Below, one piece after another: positions 10,454 to 19,140 of a DNA stretch of 64,000 nucleotides (position 1 is its first letter; the number at the start of each line of letters is the position of its first letter). The DNA comes from Candidatus Poribacteria bacterium. GTDB lineage: Bacteria > Poribacteria > WGA-4E > PCPOR2b. The stretch is from contig OZ240245.1 in the NCBI GenBank assembly GCA_965198175.1, positions 4,608,001 through 4,672,000 on the forward strand. Reading direction: 5' to 3'. Both the position numbers and the translations under genes were made by a program. Below the pieces are notes generated by a model. It searched no databases. It saw nothing but the letters and a program-made list of their open reading frames with translations, and was not told where the DNA came from.

Positions 10454-10600
10454 GATTTAATCCTCCTTTTGAGAGTGTAAATGTTAGCACTGCGGCTGTC
10501 ATCCCGGGCTTTTTTTTACGGACGCCCCTTAATTCTCCACCAGATCGCGAAGCTACTTAGGCGTCTGCAGGCGCTACTATCTCGTAAAGATTGAATTGTC

Positions 10601-10882
10601 GTAGAGACCAACCCTTTGGGGAACATCACCGCCGTAGTATTTAACCATCATTAGTGATGATCCGACATCGGCAGAATTCTCCATAATTCGGTTCGCAAAC
10701 CCATAAAATGTGGGAAGTTGTGAAAAAGGACTCGAGATCTTGAAAAGGCAGTCAGTGTATAACTGGATGCCACTTTTCGATAGGTCTTTTTTCGTCTAGA
10801 AATGTGGGAACTTATAACCCGATGGCCCTACACCACCAATGTACGATGGATGCATATTTGAAGACGGTTTTCATCCTCGTGC
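10601..10882 (+). repeat. Structured non-coding repeat element, copy B
   Basis: GAGACCAACCCTTTGG, TGATGA..CGACATCGG, CAGTCAGTGTA, 2x TGTGGGAA 94 nt apart; ~65% identical to copy A over an ungapped 165-nt block (hand count). Confidence 0.8.
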
Positions 10883-11308
10883 TTATTCCATATCTTTCTA
10901 CTAATGGGTGGCTGTCAAAGGTTTTGATTTAAGGTGTTTCGGTTGACAAATAGTGGTGTTATTGAGCAGCATTGTGAAAGCTTGGGAATTCATCGGAAAA
11001 TCAAATGTTAGCTGGACGGCTGAGCAGCGTCGAAGGTGCCGGCTCCATTGAGAGCGGATAAAGCGTTGGCAACACGAGATACGTGAACTCAAACAACATG
11101 CAAAACATCAAGGGTATTTCCAGTGAAACGACCGTCTGAAAAGTGGACGGGCAACCTAGAAGAGATGATAGCGCACCCGAACCCTCTAACGTTCAAACGA
11201 TTCAAACTCCCGGCAGCAATTTGTAAAGCCGCGGGTACTGAACTTGACCTTAAAATTTTTTTGGTCCATGACATCGGCGTCACGGTGTGTCACGCGATTT
11301 AACTGCGT

Positions 11309-11833
11309 TTGGATTACGACGGACGCGCCGAACCATACATCACCGAAATCGCTAAGCGCCGCCAAAAACCGCGAGAAATCCAAACATCCATCTTCGACGA
11401 AATAACGATTGACGGACTCATGGCAGCCATAGCGGCACAGCACGTCCGAGGCAGAACAAATGTCCAGATAGCAAAGATGATCGAAACGTCAACAAAAACG
11501 CCGACAAATTTAAAAAGGAACCGCCGCGAATTGTGGAACGCGTGTCTAGTGGCATGTATTGACGGCTGTTTGGACGCGGCGGCAGCAGCACTTAACAGCA
11601 CCGAACTCATAACCGAAAAGCCACCAGTAGGGCGGATTTTTGTACCAGACAGATACATGCGAACCTTGTTCATAGCCAAAATGCAATTCGATCCTGTAGG
11701 GACATTTGAAACCAACATCAGACAAGCACAAATCGCGGGCCAGATACTAGGACTGCATTGGGTTCATCTCATATTGAGCGAACCCAACTGCCTGAAAATA
11801 TGGCATCGCCGAACCTTAGCACCCTACCCATAG
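11309..11833 (+). CDS. Putative HTH protein (LuxR/sigma70-region-4-like); possibly the 3' part of a longer decayed gene
   Basis: VRGRTNVQIAKMIETSTKTPTNLKRNRREL resembles the GxSNxEIAxxLxxSxKT HTH; TTG start without clear RBS. Confidence 0.45.
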   Translation: MDYDGRAEPYITEIAKRRQKPREIQTSIFDEITIDGLMAAIAAQHVRGRTNVQIAKMIETSTKTPTNLKRNRRELWNACLVACIDGCLDAAAAALNSTELITEKPPVGRIFVPDRYMRTLFIAKMQFDPVGTFETNIRQAQIAGQILGLHWVHLILSEPNCLKIWHRRTLAPYP

Positions 11834-11898
11834 ACACTTAGACCGGTATCCGGCAAATAGATGGACGCATGCTTGAAATAGGTCTGAATCCTCTCGTG
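11706..11898 (+). repeat. Structured non-coding repeat element, short copy D (two units)
   Basis: TTGAAACCAAC, hairpin TTGGGTTC/GAACCCAA, TGAAAATATGG, CATAGACACT, AGATGGA..CTTGAA..ATCCTCTCGTG match copies A-C. Confidence 0.65.
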
Positions 11899-12174
11899 TA
11901 TTCAATAGCGGGGTATTAAAAACCAAGAATTCAAGTACGTTTTCATTCAGTTATGTGGCGATGTTTCCGATCATGTGACTAACAGTATCCATCATATCCG
12001 CCAAAGCGAGCACTTTATATAGAGATGATGGATCATATTGTGGCATCCGCAGTGCTTCATCACTAGTTTTAGTGGTAGGCGTGTCATTTACCTGCGTAAC
12101 GGTTATCCGCGGGCTTGGGTGTTTGGTTCGTTGGAAGCCCGCCCGTATGTTTGCCAGTCATTCGCCTTGCCATA

Positions 12175-13140
12175 TTATTCGCCCCCCATCGTATCAATGT
12201 AATCCATTACGCTGCTGATATCCTCATCAGTTACTTCGAATTTAGGATCCAACCCCTCCATAAACTTTCGCATTTCAGACTTTATATATTCAACCTCGGG
12301 GTTCTCTTTTTTAATCACTGCAATGTTTCGATCTATATACTCTTTCCAATCGGGATCCTCTAATACATTTACATGCTCATTTTCGGCATCGCCGCCTTTC
12401 CTCACTTTAAGCTGCTGTATTATTTGGTCGACCATATCATCTATTTCATCTTGAGTTGTGACACCTCTTTCAATGTCTGCAGCATGTGCTGTGTTTGCCC
12501 GCCTGGTTAATTCTGCGCGTATTTGTTCTATATCGGCATTCTCACCTAGCTCCTCCGCAATCGGGGCTACAATTTGACGCGCTATCACCTCGCTACATAT
12601 TAGATTTGCCTCTGCCGGAGTAAGCCCAACAACCAGCTCGCTTAAACGGCGTGCCTTATCATAAGAACCCTTATGGACAGCTAGGTAATCACGTATCAAT
12701 TCGCGCTCTTTTGAAGCAGTGGTATGAGAACGCAAAAATGAGAATAAAAAACAAACTCCTGCGAATAATAGAATATACCACACGAACTTGAAATCTATTG
12801 GTTGGCGTTGGCTTGTGTTTTGCCGTGCAGCTTGTGCGTAGCGTGCATGCTGCTCCACTCGTTGCCGTCGGGCGTATTCTTCGCGGGCATGTTGTGCGGC
12901 TTGTTCCTTTCGAACTTCGCGTTCTCGTTTTTCCTCTCTGGCGACTGCCTCAGTCGCAATGATGGTCTGGTATGCGGTTTGCACTTTCTGAAAGCGTTCA
13001 GCCGCGTCGTGAGAACGATCCTTGTCGGGGTGGGTGAGTTTTACTAGGTTGCGCCATGCCTCTCTTGCTTCCTCAACCGATGCACCAGGCTTTAACCCTA
13101 AGATGTACAATGCTTCACTGCGCGTCATTTTACCCCCCAT
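12175..13140 (-). CDS. DnaJ (J-domain) protein with a transmembrane segment
   Basis: ALYILGL..EAREAWRNLVKLTHPDK..RFQKVQTAYQTI; TM FVWYILLFAGVCFLFSF. Confidence 0.85.
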   Translation of the reverse strand: MGGKMTRSEALYILGLKPGASVEEAREAWRNLVKLTHPDKDRSHDAAERFQKVQTAYQTIIATEAVAREEKREREVRKEQAAQHAREEYARRQRVEQHARYAQAARQNTSQRQPIDFKFVWYILLFAGVCFLFSFLRSHTTASKERELIRDYLAVHKGSYDKARRLSELVVGLTPAEANLICSEVIARQIVAPIAEELGENADIEQIRAELTRRANTAHAADIERGVTTQDEIDDMVDQIIQQLKVRKGGDAENEHVNVLEDPDWKEYIDRNIAVIKKENPEVEYIKSEMRKFMEGLDPKFEVTDEDISSVMDYIDTMGGE

Positions 13141-13248
13141 AGTGTTTTGACATCAACCGAAGTACATCCACGCCACAGGAGCCAACCAGCTGATAATCAC
13201 GGTGACAATACCAGCTAGCATTTAATGCTATTTTCCTTTCAGTGCAAT

Positions 13249-13722
13249 TCACTTTGTCTCAATGACATCGACGCTAAAATCACTTTTTGATACAAACCCA
13301 AATTTTGCGATGAGCGCTCGCGCCAATTTTTCAGTACGCTCTCTGCCATAGTGCGATCTAACATGAAGATTTAAGCCGCGTATTGGCTTAAAATCCTTGT
13401 CGAAATCCTCATAGTCTTTGGGACGTTTTTCAAGAAATGTTGGATACCCTTATCTGAATTCAAGTTCCAACAACGCAGCAGGAAACTTTGATTTGACCTG
13501 TTGTGTGAGAGAAAGTTTCTCGCACAACAGAGGCAGTAATTGATTCCAATGATCTATCGTATACCTTTGTCCATTAAACACAAAGGATTTTTGTGGGGGT
13601 TGGGATTTAGGAGACGGCGTTAAATCATCGAGCAACGATTCAATAGTCGTTAAACGTTCCCTAATATCACTGATGGAACGTTGAATACTTACGATTGATG
13701 TATTAATTTTTGCTTGATTCAC
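13249..13722 (-). pseudogene. Restriction-associated (SeqA-C-like) domain gene with an internal TAA
   Basis: Frame stays open past TAA (13450-13452): SFVFNGQRYTIDHWNQLL...R*GYPTF...IRGLNLHVRSHYG..LARALIAKFG, to TGA at 13249. Confidence 0.65.
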
Positions 13723-13792
13723 ATAAATCTCCTTTCACCTCCTGACAATTCGAGTTGTTGACCTTTCATCAGCATCTTTTCGACTAGTCAGA

Positions 13793-14020
13793 ATCGGCAG
13801 TATACGTCGTTGATTAGTCTAGAAATGTCAGAAAATATGGCAACCCCTAAAAGGGGACTCCGAATCTGGAGAAAGCATTCAGTGTCTAGATGGAAGCATC
13901 TTGCAACAGGGCATCCATTCTCTTGAAAATATGGGAACTTAAAACCAGAGTACACCTCACATAAACACGTCCACCAAGGTAAAGATGGAGACACACGTGA
14001 AGAAAGCGATCCATCCTCCC
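13793..14020 (+). repeat. Structured non-coding repeat element, copy C
   Basis: ~80% identical to copy A over an ungapped ~156-nt block (hand count); TATGG motifs at 13836 and 13930 (94 nt apart). Confidence 0.82.
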
Positions 14021-14131
14021 TGATACTTCTTCTAAGCCTTCTGACAACTCGCAGTGTAAACGAACGATTAACATGATGACAGGAACTATGTTTCAAGGCA
14101 CAAAGGTTGAATTACAGAAATGGTTTCTGGC

Positions 14132-14174
14132 GATAGCTTGATTGTGAACGCTAAAACACGCCTGTCAAGCTATC
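14132..14174 (-). promoter_or_regulatory. Inverted repeat overlapping a possible minus-strand promoter
   Basis: GATAGCTTGA-N23-TCAAGCTATC; contains TTGACA-N16-CACAAT on the minus strand. Confidence 0.45.
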
Positions 14175-14334
14175 AATTAGCGCGGAATCTTGACGTACCA
14201 CAGCCCACCGCACTCTATGTGCAACAGCAGATTCAAACGAGGATGGGACGTAAGCCATCTGCATGCTGAAAACCTGCATCATCGGACCTAATCGGGCGAG
14301 GCATTCTAGGTTTTTGGGCGCAGGTCACTACGTT

Positions 14335-14478
14335 GTTTTGTTTATAATTGTGGAGGTGTCGAGAGTCCTGGGTTTGCCGGTTGGCATTGTTGATTCGTTC
14401 AAGGCAATTAAAAAGCGTTGGGTTTCGGAGAAAACTATCGCCTTCGCTATTCGCTCAGTTGATCTCAACCCAACCTAC
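14335..14478. repeat. Partial REPIN (GTAG-type REP plus internal sequence)
   Basis: GCGTTGGGTTTCG...CTCAACCCAACCTAC; insert shared with 15236-15280. Confidence 0.75.
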
Positions 14479-14717
14479 AAAAGCTGGTCAAAATTAGCGT
14501 TGGCACTTCAAGTTTCTGCTACATGGACACTCCATCATGACAGATTAAACTTTTATCCAGATAGTGATGATGCGGAGGGATTTAGACTCAGGCGTGCGTA
14601 GTTTTGTCTTGGCTTATCGCTTAGACAAACCCTATAGTGATAGGTAATTGTTTATGGTGTAGTTTGGTTTCAAGCCCAAATCCTTAATTACGTCTCTTTT
14701 TGATCGGCACTCAAATG

Positions 14718-14993
14718 TTAAAAAACCAAAAGTTGAGCACCTGTCTTTTCCGCCTCAAATTGAGCCTCCTCTAAACTGTTCACTTTATATGCAGTGATAG
14801 CTTCCCAGTCTTTTGCGTTCTGTGGTACGATAGGAATGAATGCATTGGTTTCACTATCGAACAGAGCAGCTTTACTGCGCTCTAACTCAATAAGCCTCTC
14901 ACGGAAATCGTCTCTCCGAATCGTAAGATTACGCTCCACCAACCGAAGTGTACAGTGGTCTTTTTGGAAAATTCTCCCATACCGCTTCTTCAA
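14718..14993 (-). CDS. Small basic protein, possible RelE/BrnT-like toxin
   Basis: 91 aa, H..LRLVERNLT..AITAY pattern; weak resemblance only. Confidence 0.4.
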   Translation of the reverse strand: MKKRYGRIFQKDHCTLRLVERNLTIRRDDFRERLIELERSKAALFDSETNAFIPIVPQNAKDWEAITAYKVNSLEEAQFEAEKTGAQLLVF

Positions 14994-15203
14994 CTCATTC
15001 TATTCAGGAGTAGCTGTTTCAGAAGCTATCTTTGCGTTCATTTGATTTGCAATTTTTGCGAGTGTGTCTTTGTAGTTTTCCATAGCAGTTTAACAGCAAA
15101 AGCGGCACGACTTTCAATGGATAACGCGTCATGCCCATGGTTTATTCTTCCACGACCTCCCTAGTCTTACAACAGATTGTGAAATAATGGCAAACAGCTT
15201 TTT

Positions 15204-15413
15204 TAGGTTGGGTAGAGCCGAACGCGACACCCAACGATCAACTGAGCGAATAGTGAAGGCGGTAGTCTTCACCGACACCAAAACTATCGCGCTCCCTGTT
15301 CGGTCGCTTGATCGTGGGTTTCGCTGCACGGCAACACATTTCATACAAAATCACCTTCCGGAATCCATACTTCATACCTCGCCGGTTTCACAACTCCGCT
15401 CAACCCAACCTAC
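15204..15413. repeat. GTAG-type REP doublet (REPIN)
   Basis: TAGGTTGGGTAGAGCCG...CGCTCAACCCAACCTAC. Confidence 0.8.
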
Positions 15414-15573
15414 TAGAGCTAATCAATCGTTGTATTCCGGAATTACAGCGCTAATTTTCTAGGTTCAACTAGGGGAGATCTGAATAACGCCCTGCTAACT
15501 TTTTGCGGCAGCAGTAAAGAGTAGTGTGTTGCCCCCATCATGCAATCCTTGAGTCTCCGTTAAGGTGCTAAAG

Positions 15574-16512
15574 CTAGATTGGTAACTTGTCAATATGAGG
15601 CTTCAGTGCGTTATCCAGTCGAATCATCGTATCGATCATCGCATCCTGTATCTCGTGCCACTTCTCCTCATCGCGGTAGCCACCCAGAGAAAGTTGTTTG
15701 TCGATTCGACAAGCACGTTTGCCTTCGAGTCGATACCATTCAAGCGGTTCACCAAAGGCTTCTTCAATCTCTCCTTTAGCCTCAACGAGCGCATCGAAAA
15801 TCTCACTGTTCTCTCTATCCTTCCTATCTGCGCCTCGATCGATGTACAGTTTTACATCAGATGTGTGTTGCTGGATGCCGTAACGGAGGTATAATCCATT
15901 TTTTACTGGTGTCCATAGGTATGACCGATCACTTGGCGCAATGTTGGCATGTAACGGCGTTCTTTCTCTAGCACGATTCAACAACTGCGTCCAAAACCGA
16001 TTGCGGAGAAGCTGGCGCTCTTTGAGTTCTTTCTTTGTGTCGCCAGCCTGTTGACTCTCCTCACTTGAGCCAACAATAAGTGTCAGCATTGGCGCTGGCA
16101 ATGAGTCACCAATCCGAATCGCCTCAAGTTTTATCAGATAGAAGGACACTGAATACGATTCATTCAGCCAAGAGATTGCGGTGATGTGTTCAGGTCTAGG
16201 ATCAGATACAATCCAGATAGCGGCTTTTGCACCGAGTACCGTCAAATAAGTAATCACCTTGCCGAGGTGGTCATGGTCGCTACGCTCAAGTTGATTTTCA
16301 ATAATGACAAGATTGCCAGATTCATCCTCTGCAATGAGGTCTGCGCTGAACTCGCCCGCTGGATGTTCACGTTCTACAATTGAGAGTGACAAGTCTATCG
16401 TATCGTTCAACACATCAAGGTTTTCCGCAAGCCACGGTGTGAAATCGTGTGGTTCACGGGGCCACACTTCGCGCAAAGACACCTTTTTCAAACGTCCAAT
16501 CTTCTCAGTCAC
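15574..16512 (-). CDS. DUF4268 domain protein with N-terminal NucS-like endonuclease domain
   Basis: LREVWPREPHDFTPWL, ADLIA..VIIENQLERSDHDHLGKVITY; C-terminal FW..GEPLEW..KRACRI; GTG start with RBS. Confidence 0.85.
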   Translation of the reverse strand: MTEKIGRLKKVSLREVWPREPHDFTPWLAENLDVLNDTIDLSLSIVEREHPAGEFSADLIAEDESGNLVIIENQLERSDHDHLGKVITYLTVLGAKAAIWIVSDPRPEHITAISWLNESYSVSFYLIKLEAIRIGDSLPAPMLTLIVGSSEESQQAGDTKKELKERQLLRNRFWTQLLNRARERTPLHANIAPSDRSYLWTPVKNGLYLRYGIQQHTSDVKLYIDRGADRKDRENSEIFDALVEAKGEIEEAFGEPLEWYRLEGKRACRIDKQLSLGGYRDEEKWHEIQDAMIDTMIRLDNALKPHIDKLPI

Positions 16513-16657
16513 TTCGTCACCTCTTTCCGTCCAGCTCACGGACTTTGTAGCAGCATCATCGACTTTATGCGTTTCATTGGAAAAAATATACATTACTGGG
16601 CACAACTGTAGTATTCATCCTAATGTCAGACACGATACGTCTAGAAGTCCGTAAACG

Positions 16658-16699
16658 TAAAGAAATAAAGCCCTAACTTCCATGGGCAGCTAGGGCTTT
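16658..16699 (-). terminator. Intrinsic terminator
   Basis: AAAGCCCUAGCU/AGUUAGGGCUUU stem followed by AUUUCUUU. Confidence 0.7.
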
Positions 16700-16808
16700 T
16701 GTATAAAACCTGAATATTAAATTTATATGGAGTATATGAGTTCGGCGGTTGGCGGGGTCTCACCTTATCCTGCTAACCACACCGCAACTGAATAAGGAGA
16801 ACTGAATT
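16658..16808 (-). ncRNA. Candidate small RNA or leader RNA with possible pseudoknot
   Basis: Bounded by a consensus promoter and an intrinsic terminator; pairings CCUUAUUC/GGAUAAGG and GCGGU(G)UGG/CCAACCGC. Confidence 0.55.
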
Positions 16809-16814
16809 GGCGAA

Positions 16815-16843
16815 ATTATACACTAAAAACAGTCAAATGTCAA
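16815..16843 (-). promoter_or_regulatory. Consensus sigma70 promoter TTGACA-N17-TATAAT
   Basis: tgtcaa at 16838-16843 and attata at 16815-16820 on +. Confidence 0.85.
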
Positions 16844-16975
16844 GCGAAATCGTGTTAGTACGGGTAGTATAGCGGCTGTCGCATGGCGGGGTTTTCGGGA
16901 TAAGTCCTGTTCCTTAAACGTCAGCGACAATCAATAGCGAACCTACTGCTCGCTCATTTGCACTTTTAAGCCGTA

Positions 16976-17962
16976 CTAGGGTTGGGCTTGGTTTTCAACA
17001 AGGAAAACGGGTGTCGGTGGGAGCCCTTCCCAATCTCGCGAGCCGTCGGGTAATTTTCGTATGGTGAATCGGTCGAACACCTCGCCATCAAGGTTCTTCG
17101 CTTCCGCCTCCAGCCTATCTCCAGCCAACCGAATCGTGAGGTAGTGCATCTGATGTACGCTGATTACGGCGTCGAACCATCGGGGAACGGCATCCATCGG
17201 ATCTATCGGACGGTAGTTGATGTTACCGCCGCCGACGGTTATGAGAACAACACCGCGACGATCGTCACGCACCTTCCCGCTTGGATTGACGGGATAAGTG
17301 CGCTCATAGAGATGTTGGTGACCTCGAAAGATGAGATCCACCCCCTCGCGCCATGCGAGAGGCTCCACAGATTCCGATACATCCGGAGTCCCAGAGCCGT
17401 CCTCCGGGGCGCTGAGTCGGCAGAACGCTGCGCCCGGCTCATGGTGGAAGATGAACCGCCAGTGCGCATTACGTGAGGATTCTAAATCGCCTTCGAGCCA
17501 TTGGTATTGTGTCATACGTCCATCGGGCAGATCGAACTCATCGTGGAGCATCTTGCTCGTGACACACAAACCCGTGAAGTGAGCGTGGCTCGCATCGAAG
17601 GAATAGAAGAACTGATTATCCGGAAGGTTCAGTCGTTCGATCCACTGTTGCTGAGCGGCTGCGATGTCCCCATCGAAATCGTGGTTGCCCGGTACAGGAA
17701 AATACACGATACCGGCGTCAAGCAATGAGCGGATGCCCGAAAAAAATTGCTCCCAAGGGGCGGGATCGTTGCCCTTCGCATTTACCAGATCGCCCGGAAC
17801 AAGCACGAATTCAGGGCGCTCTTCAATGAGACGATTCGCCAACTGGCTAAACGGTTCATGCGCACCGTGCCAATCCGCAACGACACAGAAGCGGAGTTCA
17901 TCCGCACTCCCGCGGTTTTCTCTCTCTGTCGCAATGTCTGTTTTCGGTTGAGTTTGTCCCAT
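16976..17962 (-). CDS. Metallophosphoesterase (purple acid phosphatase-like)
   Basis: ADWH, GDLV, GNHD, GHQHLYER motifs. Confidence 0.9.
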   Translation of the reverse strand: MGQTQPKTDIATERENRGSADELRFCVVADWHGAHEPFSQLANRLIEERPEFVLVPGDLVNAKGNDPAPWEQFFSGIRSLLDAGIVYFPVPGNHDFDGDIAAAQQQWIERLNLPDNQFFYSFDASHAHFTGLCVTSKMLHDEFDLPDGRMTQYQWLEGDLESSRNAHWRFIFHHEPGAAFCRLSAPEDGSGTPDVSESVEPLAWREGVDLIFRGHQHLYERTYPVNPSGKVRDDRRGVVLITVGGGNINYRPIDPMDAVPRWFDAVISVHQMHYLTIRLAGDRLEAEAKNLDGEVFDRFTIRKLPDGSRDWEGLPPTPVFLVENQAQP

Positions 17963-18003
17963 AATCCTTGTACAACTTTGGAGGTTAGCGTCGTTTGAGA
18001 GAT

Positions 18004-18360
18004 TTATCCGTCAGTCGGTTGTTTCCTTTCACGGATTCGCGTCGATTTTCCAGTCCGATTTCGCAAGTAGTACAGTTTTGCTCGCCGTACCGCCCCGTAT
18101 CGAATAACCTGAATACTCTCAATGTTTGGTGAATGAAGCGGGAAAGTTCTTTCGATTCCTTCTCCATACGCAACCCGGCGAACTGTAAAGGTTGAGCTCA
18201 ATCGACCTTGAGTACGTCGAATCACGGTCCCTTCATACGCTTGGGTGCGTTCCTTTTTCCCCTCGCGAATGAGGGTGTTCACTCTCACCGTATCTCCTGG
18301 ACCAAAATTCGGAATATCATCCTTAACATATTTGCTTTCAACAGATTCTATCAGATTCAT
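18004..18360 (-). CDS. rplS: 50S ribosomal protein L19
   Basis: [25 protein letters not shown]. Confidence 0.98.
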   Translation of the reverse strand: MNLIESVESKYVKDDIPNFGPGDTVRVNTLIREGKKERTQAYEGTVIRRTQGRLSSTFTVRRVAYGEGIERTFPLHSPNIESIQVIRYGAVRRAKLYYLRNRTGKSTRIRERKQPTDG

Positions 18361-18411
18361 CGTTTTAATTCTCCCTTTATAATTTTAACTGATTCCACTC
18401 ACGCTTTTGGT

Positions 18412-19140
18412 TTATCGCTCAGGTTTTAGCGAATTCAAGTAAGCGATATCCTCGTCCGTTAGCTGATATTTCTTGAGTAAGTCTGGACGTTGTTCAGCAG
18501 TTCGTTTGAGCGACTGTTCATACCGCCAGAGCGAAATTTTTTCATGATGCCCGCTCAAGAGGGCTTCAGGAACTTTCATCCCCTCAAACTCAACCGGTCG
18601 GGTGTAGTGGGGGTGATCGAGCAATTCTTGGCTAAATGAATCCCCCTGTGCAGACTCATAATCTCCCAACGCTCGCGGCAAAACCCGCCCGACCGCATCA
18701 ATCAGTACAAGCGCCGGAATTTCGCCCCCGCTCAGTACATAGTCACCAACGGAAATCTCGTTTGTGACCAACTTTATTCGCACCCTTTCATCAATTCCTT
18801 TGTAACGCCCACATATCAACACAAGATGCGATTCAAGCGAAAGGGCTTCGGCAAGTGACTGAGTAAAAGGGGTTCCCTGGGGCGTCAAATAGATGACTCG
18901 CGCTGTCGAATCGGGATTCAATGTTCTGATGGCAGCAAAGAGGGGCTCGGGCTTCATGATCATCCCCGCTCCACCGCCGTAGGGATAATCATCGACGGTT
19001 TGATGTCGATCCGCCGCAAAATCCCGGAGATTGTGAACTTTGATTGTTAATATCTCGGCATCTTGAGTCCGTTTTAGGATACCCACTTGCAGCACAGAAA
19101 GTATGATTTCTGGGAAAAGCGCAATGACATCAATTTTCAT
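18412..19140 (-). CDS. trmD: tRNA (guanine-N1)-methyltransferase
   Basis: VDDYPYGGGAGM, ICGRYKGIDER, SVGDYVLSGGE. Confidence 0.97.
   Translation of the reverse strand: MKIDVIALFPEIILSVLQVGILKRTQDAEILTIKVHNLRDFAADRHQTVDDYPYGGGAGMIMKPEPLFAAIRTLNPDSTARVIYLTPQGTPFTQSLAEALSLESHLVLICGRYKGIDERVRIKLVTNEISVGDYVLSGGEIPALVLIDAVGRVLPRALGDYESAQGDSFSQELLDHPHYTRPVEFEGMKVPEALLSGHHEKISLWRYEQSLKRTAEQRPDLLKKYQLTDEDIAYLNSLKPER

Noticed and set aside
10980..11110. SNVSWTAEQ...KRWQHEIRELKQH resembling an IS4/IS1380 YREK motif
   Set aside because: Short, stop-interrupted and wrongly spaced; no other transposase motifs or IRs found.
11950..12173. Possible extra repeat unit (GATGGATCATATT at ~12027)
   Set aside because: Spacing does not fit, and the region is better explained as a frameshifted small minus-strand gene after the J-domain gene.
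4104..14020. CRISPR or TIGR array interpretation of the 94-nt units
   Set aside because: There are no identical short repeats with unique spacers, the inter-motif sequence is homologous between copies, and no cas/tas gene is present.
4104..14020. DGR template/variable repeats or retron msr-msd
   Set aside because: Differences are not adenine-specific and there is no reverse transcriptase in the window.
13788..14096. ORFs 13788-14096 and 13886-14074 as proteins
   Set aside because: They overlap repeat copy C, and the equivalent frames in copies A and B contain multiple stops.
3927..16980. Island att-like direct repeat (TTTTAAGGCGCTAGG vs TTTTAAGCCGTACTAGG)
   Set aside because: Too short and imperfect to distinguish from chance.
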